IMG/VR virus record: IMGVR_UViG_3300028837_001398
Span: 8,436 to 72,435 of that record
DNA length: 64,000 nucleotides
From: a virus
Strand: one strand, 5' to 3'
The notes beneath the pieces were generated by a model. The model ran no database searches. It saw only the letters and a list, made by a program, of their open reading frames with translations, and was not told the origin of the DNA. Of this stretch, positions 18,263 to 26,979 are shown one piece after another; positions within the stretch are counted from its first letter, which is position 1, and each line of letters begins with the position of its first letter. The position numbers and the translations under genes are program-made.

Positions 18263-18657
18263 GCCGTGAAGTCGATACTCGACGCCAGAGCCGCGATTGC
18301 CGCTGGCATCGCCGTGAGAGGAAACCGCTTCGGGTCCCGAAGGTCGGTTTCGTTAACGCCGAGGAGTTGCGAGAGGAGCGCGAAGACCTCTGCCTCGCAA
18401 TAGCCGAGCGCGACCAGCAGGAACTTGCCGATCCCCTCCCCGTTCAACTGTACATTTCCAGCCGCGTCCTCGGCCAGACTTCCGTCATCCGCGGTGACGA
18501 GAAGGTCGGACACCTTGAGCTTGCCGCGCTCCGTCGCAATCATCAACATGCGCGCCAGAGGCGCCTGCGCGAGTAGTCCGAGGGGCTGAACCTCATAGTC
18601 CTGCCCCGCGATCATCACCCGCTTCGGCTCTTCCAACAACGCTGTCGCTTCCGTCAT
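18145..18657 (-). CDS. Tail assembly chaperone G
   Basis: Lies between tail tube and tape measure; contains T TTT TTA. Confidence 0.8.
   Translation of the reverse strand: MTEATALLEEPKRVMIAGQDYEVQPLGLLAQAPLARMLMIATERGKLKVSDLLVTADDGSLAEDAAGNVQLNGEGIGKFLLVALGYCEAEVFALLSQLLGVNETDLRDPKRFPLTAMPAAIAALASSIDFTAFLADGVADNSNQKRAGHTSPSDGSSISSNTGTGGPTTS
18256..18262 (-). other. -1 programmed ribosomal frameshift slippery heptamer T TTT TTA
   Basis: GCT TTT TTA in frame in G; the -1 frame joins the downstream ORF. Confidence 0.8.
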
Positions 18658-18689
18658 GTCACACTCTCCCGAGATATGGTTTGCGCGGC

Positions 18690-18736
18690 CCGGGGCGGGT
18701 CCAGCATCAGCTCGGGTCTGCGAGGACCCGCCCCGG
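18690..18736. other. GC stem-loop after the tail tube gene (no U tract)
   Basis: CCGGGGCGGGTCC ... GGACCCGCCCCGG 13-bp inverted repeat. Confidence 0.55.
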
Positions 18737-18748
18737 TGCCGCTATTGC

Positions 18749-19342
18749 TCACGACCCAGAAAGATCGCTCGGCAGCCACAATTCCCACGGCTCGTCGTAT
18801 GGCGAAGCCAGGGATGCGTGGCCGGTCCACTTGGCGGCGATGACCGCCTCATCGTTCGGCCCCAACGGAATCGCCAGCGGCGACTCTGGCAGCGCGTTCG
18901 AGATGATCGCGACGAAGGGCAGATCGTTGCCGTGGATCGTCCCGACCAAGGCGAGGTTGTCGAGGTAGTCGCCAGCCTCCACCGGTCCCCCCGTGATGAC
19001 GGTGTAGTCTGGATCGCTGTCATCCGAATCCGCTCCCGCGATCAGGCGTGCCATGTTGTTCGGGAACAGTTCCAGCGCGTTCGTCTCGATGGTCGCGACG
19101 ACACGGCTGCGCCGCCGCAGTCCCTTGGTGGGGCCGATGGCCCCGTCCACGGTGATCTCCCGGATCTCCCGCTCCACCGTGAACGTGCTTCCGCCCCGCG
19201 TCGCCCCGATGCAGATTCCGGGGTTGTCTGCATCGATGAAGTTGGCATAGATGGCCCCGGCGTCGATGAGAATGCGACTGGGGGTGTCGCCCGAGAGGCC
19301 GTTGAGCCCCAGGTCGCCCGGCATCGTCGGCAGGCTTGCCAT
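18749..19342 (-). CDS. Major tail tube protein
   Basis: GATRGGSTF.VE...I.VDG motif; acidic and beta-rich; position. Confidence 0.85.
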   Translation of the reverse strand: MASLPTMPGDLGLNGLSGDTPSRILIDAGAIYANFIDADNPGICIGATRGGSTFTVEREIREITVDGAIGPTKGLRRRSRVVATIETNALELFPNNMARLIAGADSDDSDPDYTVITGGPVEAGDYLDNLALVGTIHGNDLPFVAIISNALPESPLAIPLGPNDEAVIAAKWTGHASLASPYDEPWELWLPSDLSGS

Positions 19343-19406
19343 GTTCGTCTCCTCCGCGGCTCTCTCGCCGCTATTGATCTCGGGCAGTGCCCGGAACGTC
19401 CTGGCC

Positions 19407-19475
19407 CCAAAAGCAAAGGCCCTGACTCCCCCTACCGGTAGGAATCAGGGCCTCTGTCCCTTCGGACAACCGCCC
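19407..19475 (-). terminator. Leader attenuator upstream of the tail tube gene
   Basis: GGCGG, then small hairpin TGTCC-gaag-GGACA, then GGCCCTGATTCC...GGAGTCAGGGCC, then TTTGCTTTTGG. Confidence 0.7.
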
Positions 19476-19499
19476 GTCGGCGGCTGCTTTCAGGGCATC

Positions 19500-20120
19500 C
19501 TATGCGATTGTCAATGCGGTCCTATCAGCGTCCGCGGTTTTGTCCCTGTCCGCGTCCGCCGCCGCCTCCTCGGCCGGGGCCGCCAGCAGGACAGGGTGAT
19601 GTGTTTCGTCCGCCCCCCTGCCCGCCCGGCACCCCGCGGCCGCCGCCGCGTCCGTCCTGCGGCCTTGCGCGCAGTCGATAGCCTCTTCAATGGAGCGTCC
19701 AAGGTGAAGGGCCGCCAACGCATAGTCCATACCTGCTCCTATTGCGAAAAAGTCCAGCACTTCTCGCACGTAGTAGTTGTGGCTGTAGAATGCTTTCTCG
19801 CCGAAGACTATAAGGAAGCTGTTTTGCCCCCCCGTGATCTTCGGTTTGTCATACTCGTTCTGCTGGTGCAACCATCCAGCGCATTCATGGAGCCAGCTAA
19901 GGACCGCCTCTTCATCTGTCGCTCTCGGTATGTGAGTTGCGGCATAGGTGCGAAGCAGAAAGCCACCTTGACTTTCCCCCACGTTGCCGATGATGAAGCC
20001 AGGGCGCACCTCGGCCAGCTTCGCGAACTGGTCCTTCTCCTGTGTTGTCCCGCGGACACGAATGCTGTCTGCCCCGATCACGATCTCCGTGTCTGTTACC
20101 TTGATAGCGACGACGCTCAT
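19500..20120 (-). CDS. Ntn-hydrolase (proteasome beta/HslV-like) protein with an aberrant C-terminus
   Basis: MSVVA...IGADS...K...G and FAIGAGMDYALAAL motifs. Confidence 0.7.
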   Translation of the reverse strand: MSVVAIKVTDTEIVIGADSIRVRGTTQEKDQFAKLAEVRPGFIIGNVGESQGGFLLRTYAATHIPRATDEEAVLSWLHECAGWLHQQNEYDKPKITGGQNSFLIVFGEKAFYSHNYYVREVLDFFAIGAGMDYALAALHLGRSIEEAIDCAQGRRTDAAAAAGCRAGRGADETHHPVLLAAPAEEAAADADRDKTADADRTALTIA

Positions 20121-20129
20121 CTTGTTTCC

Positions 20130-20588
20130 CTATGCTCGCGTCTGCATGTCCGCCACTTCCGCGGTCGGGTACAGACGCATCGTCCAACTTGTAGATCTCC
20201 GCCACACCTCCGACTCGGGCTGGCTGAGGTTGAAGTCGCCTGCGAACATCAGCCTCCCCCTGAACTCGTCGCATTCGATCACGCGCCTGTTGAGCAAGGC
20301 CTGCACCCGCTTCCTCATCTCGAACAGCCGACTGCTGGATGGATCGCAGTCCCAGAGGTCAAGCCGCAATTCGGCGGTCTGGTAGCCGTCCTCCGTCCCG
20401 AGCGGGCGCACCGTCGCGTCCACCGTCATGTAGGGAAACTCGCAGTTCTTTGGGGCCCAGACGTGGTGATAGCGGAGTTCGCCTTCGTCCTCACCCTCAT
20501 CAGCGAGAATGGTGAGTAGTTCGCTGTCCTCTGCGAGGATCGCCCGTACCTCCTCTATCATCGCCACTACTGTGTCCCTATCGCTCAT
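20130..20588 (-). CDS. Tail terminator protein
   Basis: Position; AP...FPY.TV and LDLWD pattern. Confidence 0.7.
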   Translation of the reverse strand: MSDRDTVVAMIEEVRAILAEDSELLTILADEGEDEGELRYHHVWAPKNCEFPYMTVDATVRPLGTEDGYQTAELRLDLWDCDPSSSRLFEMRKRVQALLNRRVIECDEFRGRLMFAGDFNLSQPESEVWRRSTSWTMRLYPTAEVADMQTRA

Positions 20589-21085
20589 AGCATCCGTCTC
20601 CCGAGAACCCCGTGTACCTCGTCGCGCGTGTGCTCCAGTGCCGGCCGCAGCGAAGGCCGCGGTGCCATCCCCGCGCTCGATCCGTGCGAGTACCCGGGCG
20701 GTAGGTCACTCTGTCCAGCGGCCGCACCGCGCCTGCCAGTCCCGAACTCAAGCCACGGCGCTTTCTCCATGTCGGAACCGACCAGGGCCTCCCACTCACC
20801 CGTCAACGGGCTTCGCCGAGAAATCGCCTTCACCGAACGCCGCAAGTCCCCCAGCGCCACCGCTGGCGGCTCGCCTGGTGCCGACGCGATGTAGCTCCCC
20901 TTCCCGCCCGGGATATTGTACACACGCCCGCTCCTCTGACCGCTCAGGGTATGGAGCCAGTCCCGCTTCACGATGTTGGCGGCGGCGTAGGTGCGCTTCC
21001 GCGCCTCCCCGTTGAGCCGCTTCGCCACCTCGTCGAGGAAACTTGTGAGCTTGATATTGCCGCCCGGCCCGAATGCCCTGATCAT
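20585..21085 (-). CDS. HK97 gp10-like neck protein
   Basis: SAPGEPPA..G.LRRS, APWLEFGT and MAPRPSLRPA motifs. Confidence 0.85.
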   Translation of the reverse strand: MIRAFGPGGNIKLTSFLDEVAKRLNGEARKRTYAAANIVKRDWLHTLSGQRSGRVYNIPGGKGSYIASAPGEPPAVALGDLRRSVKAISRRSPLTGEWEALVGSDMEKAPWLEFGTGRRGAAAGQSDLPPGYSHGSSAGMAPRPSLRPALEHTRDEVHGVLGRRML

Positions 21086-21090
21086 CGCCA

Positions 21091-21423
21091 CTACCGCTGT
21101 ACCTCCTGCGCAATCAACACCGTGCATTCATTGTGTCGGTGGTTGTACTCGGGCGGCTCAATTGCCCGGTAGTAGCGGCCGTCGAGCACGAACCGCGTGT
21201 TCGCAATGTCGATCTTAAGCTCGCCCCGCAACATCAGCCGTTCCGTTCTCTCCTCGTGCCCGCGCTGCGCGAGCACCATTGCATAGTGCGTCGAGACCGC
21301 TGCCCGCCGGCACCAGCGCGTCGCTGATGTCTCCCACTCCGTGGCAACTTGTCCGAATGTCCCGTCAGTGGACGTGCGGGTCTGTATCTCCACGCGACTT
21401 CGGTACGCACCAGCCTCCAGCAT
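21091..21423 (-). CDS. Head-tail adaptor (head closure) protein
   Basis: AGAYRSRVEIQ...D.FG....W and RFVLDGRYY motifs. Confidence 0.8.
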   Translation of the reverse strand: MLEAGAYRSRVEIQTRTSTDGTFGQVATEWETSATRWCRRAAVSTHYAMVLAQRGHEERTERLMLRGELKIDIANTRFVLDGRYYRAIEPPEYNHRHNECTVLIAQEVQR

Positions 21424-21481
21424 ATCGCCTTATCCCATGCTGCCTATTCGGGTGCGATCACTAGCCCGCTCATGCATCATC

Positions 21482-22150
21482 TTAAGTCCCAGGCATCTTC
21501 CGGTGCGGCGCCCACAACTCTTCCGCCAACGACGGCGCGCCATAGTTGGTGGCACCCCGCCCGCTGACAGCCTCCGTCGCGATTCCGTCCTGCCGCTGGT
21601 CGTACATCCAGGCTATCGTCCGCAGGACACCCGTCCGCACCGCCTCCGGAATGTCCGTCTGCGTCCGCCGCGCCCGACACGACAGTGTGCTCACAACCTG
21701 GCTCAACGTCACCGGTTCCTTGCGCCCGGTCCGCCAGGTCAAGGAGATCTCGATCCCGTCCTGTGCCGCCAACACGTTCAGAGCGCCGTACATCTGGTCG
21801 TTTATGATCTCCGCCAGGTTCTCCGCGGTCTCCATGTCGGTCCCTCCGATGGCGAAGTCCTGTAGCACCACGTCCTGGGTGCGTGAGGCTGGTTCCTCCG
21901 CGGCCACCCGGAACGTCATGCCGTCCACGCCAACCGAGTCGCCGACCGCTGCCGAAATGACGAAGATAACGGCGCGCAACACCTCGAATGGATTGTTCAG
22001 AAAGCCGTCGGCATGCTGCTTCGCCGCGTCGATCAGCGTCGTGATGAGATCATCATCGGCCTCGTGCTCGACGCGCAGGTAGAGTTTCACCGATGCCAGT
22101 TCGGTCAACTCTCCAACGCTCAGATCCAGTCTGTCAACGCACGCGCCCAT
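21482..22150 (-). CDS. Head-tail connector (gp6/gp15-like) with an inserted domain
   Basis: VKLYLRVEH..DD.LI..LI.AA at the N-terminus and IPEAVR..VL..IAWMYDQR at the C-terminus. Confidence 0.85.
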   Translation of the reverse strand: MGACVDRLDLSVGELTELASVKLYLRVEHEADDDLITTLIDAAKQHADGFLNNPFEVLRAVIFVISAAVGDSVGVDGMTFRVAAEEPASRTQDVVLQDFAIGGTDMETAENLAEIINDQMYGALNVLAAQDGIEISLTWRTGRKEPVTLSQVVSTLSCRARRTQTDIPEAVRTGVLRTIAWMYDQRQDGIATEAVSGRGATNYGAPSLAEELWAPHRKMPGT

Positions 22151-23517
22151 CAGTTCTCCTTGTCAGCGGCGGCCTGCCGATGATGAGCGATAGCCTCTTC
22201 GCGGGTCGGAAAGGACGGTCCGTTGTCGATGCTGTATCCCACCGTCACGCTCTCTTTGATCTCGGTAGGCCCAGGACGTTCCTGTGTCTCCTCTGGCTCG
22301 ATCACGTCAGGGGCCTCATCGTCCTCCACTACCTCGACCAGCCGTCGGCGCACCAGTTCGTGGGCGCTCGATGCTGAAAGTTCCAGCACATCGCCCCGCT
22401 TCGCCCTGCCCGCCAGCCTCCGCAATGCCCGCACTTTCACTGTGCCATCCTCCTCCATGTTAGTTACTGGCGCGTCGCTGGCTCGGGCTCCACTCATCGC
22501 CCTTTCCCGCCACTCGTCAGTTATTCTGATGAGTTCACCCTCGAGACGGTCCAACTGCGGTGTCGGCCCAAGTTCCGCTGATCGTTTCAGCGCGGCCGCC
22601 GACGCTTCGGCATACGCACGCTCATCATCCAACATCGTGATGGCATCAACCCACTGCTCGGGCTTGTACCGATCACAGAAGGTTCCCGCCTCCCCGAGCG
22701 ACTCCACCAGCCCCGGCGTCGGATGGGCGATTGTAGGGATGCCGCTTGCTGCCGCTTCTATGCCGATCCTCCCGTAGCTCTCGGTCCACCAGCGCATTCC
22801 GGGTGTGCCCAGGTCCTGGCTTGGCATAAGGACGATGCGCGCCCTCTGGTAAAACTCCCGCGGGTCAAGGCAGTGCTCCATGATCTCGGCGTTCGGGGGA
22901 ACACGCTTCGGCACAGCCTGCGCGCCCCAGCCGCCCTTCACGGCGAGGAACTTGTGGTCCGGCATTCTCCTCGCCAGCTCCCAGAACAGAGCGCCCCCCT
23001 TCTCGGCGCAGAAGTTGACCAGGACCATGCGGTCGCCCGTCTTCTCGACCCGATAGTCATCCGGGTAGATCAGGGGATACAGGACCATCGCGTTGTCGTC
23101 GCGCCCATTCTTTCGGGCCTCATCCATGACCCACTCGGCGTTGTAGATCGCGAGCTGGACCTGCCTCGGCTTGCACTTGTACAGGGCTAGCTGCCCCTCG
23201 TCGTGCACCAGGTGGGCCAGGGGTTTCCTGTAGGCCTTGCACAACGCGAGCGCCTCCGTCGTGGCTTCCCCCTGGGTGATGATGATATCCGCCTCCAAGT
23301 ACCGCCTTCGCTTGGCCACTGGTAAGGGCGCGGAATAGACATCCTCGATCCCGAACTGGCAACCACCGTGCGAGCGCGTGGGCTCCAAAGAGCCGCGCTG
23401 GAGCATCAGCCCAACGCTGTGCCCGCGCCGGCGCAAGGCATCTAGCGTCAGACACATCGTCACCACGCCGCCGCCCCAGCCCCAGCCCAGGTGATACATA
23501 TGCCCGAGAATCCTCAC
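22150..23517 (-). CDS. GT-B (GT4-like) glycosyltransferase fused to a small head-protein-like C-terminal domain
   Basis: GGG..T, KGG, ESYGRIGIEAAASGIPTIA...GLVE motifs; extra ~115 aa C-terminal domain. Confidence 0.85.
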   Translation of the reverse strand: MRILGHMYHLGWGWGGGVVTMCLTLDALRRRGHSVGLMLQRGSLEPTRSHGGCQFGIEDVYSAPLPVAKRRRYLEADIIITQGEATTEALALCKAYRKPLAHLVHDEGQLALYKCKPRQVQLAIYNAEWVMDEARKNGRDDNAMVLYPLIYPDDYRVEKTGDRMVLVNFCAEKGGALFWELARRMPDHKFLAVKGGWGAQAVPKRVPPNAEIMEHCLDPREFYQRARIVLMPSQDLGTPGMRWWTESYGRIGIEAAASGIPTIAHPTPGLVESLGEAGTFCDRYKPEQWVDAITMLDDERAYAEASAAALKRSAELGPTPQLDRLEGELIRITDEWRERAMSGARASDAPVTNMEEDGTVKVRALRRLAGRAKRGDVLELSASSAHELVRRRLVEVVEDDEAPDVIEPEETQERPGPTEIKESVTVGYSIDNGPSFPTREEAIAHHRQAAADKEN

Positions 23518-24095
23518 CCTGACTGCCTCCTCAGAATCGCCATCCCGTATCGAATCTCATAGGTGTACCGTTTCGTCGCCAACAGCTTCTCCCGAATTGC
23601 CCGCGCCACGCCCCACTCCTCCGTCGCCGCGTCGTGGAAAGCCATGACGCCGTCAGGGGCAATCCGCGGGCTCCACACGTGGATGTCGCGGCATACCCCC
23701 TCGTAGCTGTGGTCCGAATCCACGAAGAGCAGCCCCACCTCGCCGTCCAGTTCACGCGCCGCCTGCTCTGTGTCGACCTGCAACGGGAGAACTTGGCTGC
23801 TTAGGCCCAGGGACCCAATGTTGTCGACCCAGGCGATCTTCACCGCGGGGTCAGCATACTGGGGCCACGGTGCCTGCTCCCACAGGTCAACCGAGTAGAC
23901 CAGGGCCATCCCGCCCACCCGCGCTCCAGCGCCCAGGTAGCAACTTGACTTGCCCTTGTAGGCGCCGATCTCGACGATGATCTGTTCATTGCTGACCGCG
24001 CCCGCCAGTTCGGCGAGGATTAGACCCTCTTCGGCCAATATCTCCCCGTGGACCTCGGCAAGTCGTTGCTCCATCTCGGGGGTGAGTCGGCTCAC
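23514..24095 (-). CDS. Class I SAM methyltransferase (Methyltransf_24-like)
   Basis: VEIGAYKGKS, YSVD, LLFVDSDHSYE and FHD motifs. Confidence 0.88.
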   Translation of the reverse strand: MSRLTPEMEQRLAEVHGEILAEEGLILAELAGAVSNEQIIVEIGAYKGKSSCYLGAGARVGGMALVYSVDLWEQAPWPQYADPAVKIAWVDNIGSLGLSSQVLPLQVDTEQAARELDGEVGLLFVDSDHSYEGVCRDIHVWSPRIAPDGVMAFHDAATEEWGVARAIREKLLATKRYTYEIRYGMAILRRQSG

Positions 24096-24697
24096 TTCCG
24101 TCTCCTGAACCACGCCGAGAACGGCGGGACGAACTCGATCTCGTCCCAGTCGCCACTCGCCATGATCTCCTCCCCGATAACCCGGTCCACGCCGGGCCAC
24201 GCCGGACTCCTCGCATCGTGCATGAGCAGGATGCCGCCCCGCACGACATGCGGGAGCCACGCCTTCGTATCCGCCAACACGTCCTCGTACTCGTGTCCAG
24301 CGTCGATTGCGAGCAACCCGATAGACTGTTCCCAGTCCTTCGCCGCTGCCAGGCTCTCGGAACGTATCAGGGTGACCAAGTGGCCCACACCGAACCGCTC
24401 GGCAAAGCCGCGTGCCACCTTCTCGTTCCGCGGGTCATCGTAGGTCGGCCCCTGACCGCTCGGCCGAAGGCCGAACAGGTCGATGCCGTAGACATCGACG
24501 CCATGCCCGAAATTGGAGCCGGACGCAAGGCTGCAGATGCCCTGCCCTCGCAACACCCCGATTTCGACGATGACGTTCGGGGGTTCGACCTCCATCGCGT
24601 ACCGGAGTTTCGATTCGCATTCCGCCCGCGGCCCGCCTCCGATGATCTCCAGAAAATCGAGTGCGTCCTGCACCTCGTCAGTTTCTATCGCTGTCAT
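24092..24697 (-). CDS. Class I SAM methyltransferase (Methyltransf_24-like)
   Basis: VEIGVLRG, YGID, LLAIDAGHEYE and MHD motifs. Confidence 0.88.
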   Translation of the reverse strand: MTAIETDEVQDALDFLEIIGGGPRAECESKLRYAMEVEPPNVIVEIGVLRGQGICSLASGSNFGHGVDVYGIDLFGLRPSGQGPTYDDPRNEKVARGFAERFGVGHLVTLIRSESLAAAKDWEQSIGLLAIDAGHEYEDVLADTKAWLPHVVRGGILLMHDARSPAWPGVDRVIGEEIMASGDWDEIEFVPPFSAWFRRRK

Positions 24698-25425
24698 TGC
24701 CGCCTCACAAAATAGGAGTAGCCATCCCATCCGATGGCCGTCGCGTCTGACAACGTCTCGACGACGCGCCCGCCTGCCTTCTCCAGCAGGCCAACAACCT
24801 TGCTGCGCTCAATCCCATACATGTCCATGCGGGGGTAGTCGTCCTCATCGACTGCTGTTCCGACCGGACCCCACTGTTCGCTGTCCTTGCCACTGGCCTT
24901 CCGCGTGCTCGGGAGCTGGAAACACAGGAGCCCTCCCGGCGAGAGCACACGCAGGAACTCCACTACATAGGGCTCAATCAGCCCTGGTGCCATGTGCTGA
25001 AGCGTATTGCGGCTCAGCACGAAGTCGAAGCGCCCGCTCGAACACACGGCAAGTCCGCTGGACAGGTTCACCACGTAGGCGACATGCGGTTCGACCGTGT
25101 GGCTCCTGGCTATCCCGATCATCGTCGGAGAGATGTCCACACCCACGACGCTCTCGAACCGCCGCGCCAGCGGCCGCGTCAGCCTCCCCACACCACAGCC
25201 AAAGTCGAGCGCCGTGCCGCGGGGAAATGCCATCCCCCGCTTCCCCAACTGCCGCATGAGCCGCGTTATCTCGCGTTCGCCGATAGTGTAGATCGCCTTC
25301 AGCGTCCACCGACGCCCCTTGTGGGCCGGGTCGGTCCATACCGCCCACAATGGGTCGCGGTCGGCGAGGCGTTCCCACTTTGCCTGCAGATCGCGCAGGT
25401 AGGTTGTCGAGTCGTCTGCGGTCAT
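24694..25425 (-). CDS. Class I SAM methyltransferase
   Basis: ALDFGCGVGRL, GVDISPTMI, FDFVLS...LQHM and RVLSPGG motifs. Confidence 0.9.
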   Translation of the reverse strand: MTADDSTTYLRDLQAKWERLADRDPLWAVWTDPAHKGRRWTLKAIYTIGEREITRLMRQLGKRGMAFPRGTALDFGCGVGRLTRPLARRFESVVGVDISPTMIGIARSHTVEPHVAYVVNLSSGLAVCSSGRFDFVLSRNTLQHMAPGLIEPYVVEFLRVLSPGGLLCFQLPSTRKASGKDSEQWGPVGTAVDEDDYPRMDMYGIERSKVVGLLEKAGGRVVETLSDATAIGWDGYSYFVRRQ

Positions 25426-25440
25426 TCCCTATGGTTTCCC

Positions 25441-25482
25441 GGGAGCCGGCCGGTGAAAGGATGGAAAGCCCGGCCGGCTCCC
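25441..25482. other. GC stem-loop after the capsid gene (no U tract)
   Basis: GGGAGCCGGCCGG ... CCGGCCGGCTCCC 13-bp inverted repeat. Confidence 0.55.
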
Positions 25483-25511
25483 ATTCCCCCTCACAGGAGG
25501 CGGAGCAGTCG

Positions 25512-26813
25512 CTAGCTCCCAGAACCGGAGAAGGTTCCGAGCACGATCGCCTCCGGGCGGTAGACAGTCAGCGCCAGCCGTTCCTCCGCCAGGATGGCGA
25601 GCAGGTTCTTGATGAAGAAGTCGCTGTGCTGGTCGGAGACCCGCACCATGGCTTCCTCGCGGTCCCAGATGGCAGCCGCGAGATTGAAACCACCACAGGC
25701 AAAGCTGAGTTCGTCGATGGCCTGCGAGACCACGACGGGCATACCCCAGAGTCGGCGCTGTCCGGTTTCCTGGACACGCGCCCAGATGTACCGCCCGTAC
25801 TCGTCCTTGAGCAGTTCGATGTCCTCCCAGTCGTTCGGATGCAGAACCACGCCAGATGCCGGGTAGCCGGCAATCTCGGCAAGCGTCACCGCGCGCCGAA
25901 TCACGTCGGCCTTCGTGTCATCCTCGTCCGCGTCGCCCTGCGCGATGGTCTGGATATCCTCATCGGTGAGCAGGCCCGTGAGATGCGCACCGGTCCCGTC
26001 CCCGTTCAGGAGTTCGTCATCCTCTGTCAGTGCCAAGCCGTACACCAGACGGGTGTCGATGTAGGCCTGGAGCTGAGCTGCATCGGCGAGGATCTGCCGA
26101 GTGACAGGCAGCCAGTGGGCGATAGTCCGCACCGATACCGACTTGATCTCGAATGTCAGCGCGGACTGCGCCTTCTCCGCGTTCTCGGCCGCCGCTGCCG
26201 CCGCGTTGGTGAAGCCGCTCTCACGCACGAACTCCACCGCTCCGACGGAAACCGGGTTCACCGGGAACAAATCGCGAACCCGGGGCTGGAGCTCTGGCGC
26301 TACCACGATCCCCGGTACGCGCTGCGCCGGGTACAGGTAGCCGCCCACGTTGCCCAGGGAGGTGCCGGTCAACTCACCAGCCTTGCGGGCACGCGGGAAG
26401 AACGACTTGACCTCGACCGCCTCGGACACCTTGCCGGTGTTAACGTTGAAGCCCGTGTAAGCCTCGGACCCCACGAACTGCTCGCCGATGCTCTTCTCTT
26501 CCTCGCCCAGCGCCTGCGGGAGCCGCTTTGCCGCGGCCTCCGCCTCGTCCAGTCGCTTGCTGGTAGCGGCCATCTGCTCGACGACCTCGTCCAGCTTGGC
26601 GCCCTTCTCTTCCACTAGGCGCCGCTGCTCCTTGAGCTCCTCCTTCGCTTCGGTCAATGCCTCGATGGAGGCACCCGAAGTCTTGAGTTCCTCGACGGCC
26701 CCCTCAAGCGTCTCGACGCGCTCCAGCGCGGCCGTCACCTCGCCGACGCTCTTGTCGAAGTGGCCCTTGAGCTCCTCAATGCTCTCACCGATGTTCTTCA
26801 GTTCGTCTCCCAT
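25512..26813 (-). CDS. Major capsid protein, HK97 family
   Basis: N-terminal coiled-coil delta domain; IAHWLPVTRQILADA, LNGDGTG..L.G and LAEERLAL.VYRPEA motifs. Confidence 0.96.
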   Translation of the reverse strand: MGDELKNIGESIEELKGHFDKSVGEVTAALERVETLEGAVEELKTSGASIEALTEAKEELKEQRRLVEEKGAKLDEVVEQMAATSKRLDEAEAAAKRLPQALGEEEKSIGEQFVGSEAYTGFNVNTGKVSEAVEVKSFFPRARKAGELTGTSLGNVGGYLYPAQRVPGIVVAPELQPRVRDLFPVNPVSVGAVEFVRESGFTNAAAAAAENAEKAQSALTFEIKSVSVRTIAHWLPVTRQILADAAQLQAYIDTRLVYGLALTEDDELLNGDGTGAHLTGLLTDEDIQTIAQGDADEDDTKADVIRRAVTLAEIAGYPASGVVLHPNDWEDIELLKDEYGRYIWARVQETGQRRLWGMPVVVSQAIDELSFACGGFNLAAAIWDREEAMVRVSDQHSDFFIKNLLAILAEERLALTVYRPEAIVLGTFSGSGS

Positions 26814-26865
26814 CGTTTTCTCTTTCTCCCGCTCACTGGCGGGGTAGTCTGTGGCCCGGCCCCGG

Positions 26866-26928
26866 CCAAAGAGAAAGCCGATTCCTGCCTGTGCACAGGA
26901 ACCGGCTTGGTTCTCTCTCGGCTCCGCC
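26866..26928 (-). terminator. Leader attenuator upstream of the capsid gene
   Basis: GGCGG...GAGAGAACC, then GCCGGTTCCTG...CAGGAATCGGC, then TTTCTCTTTGG. Confidence 0.7.
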
Positions 26929-26979
26929 GATGATCAGTCGGGGGGCCGGGCCTGTTCTTTCGTTCTCATCCTATGCGGG

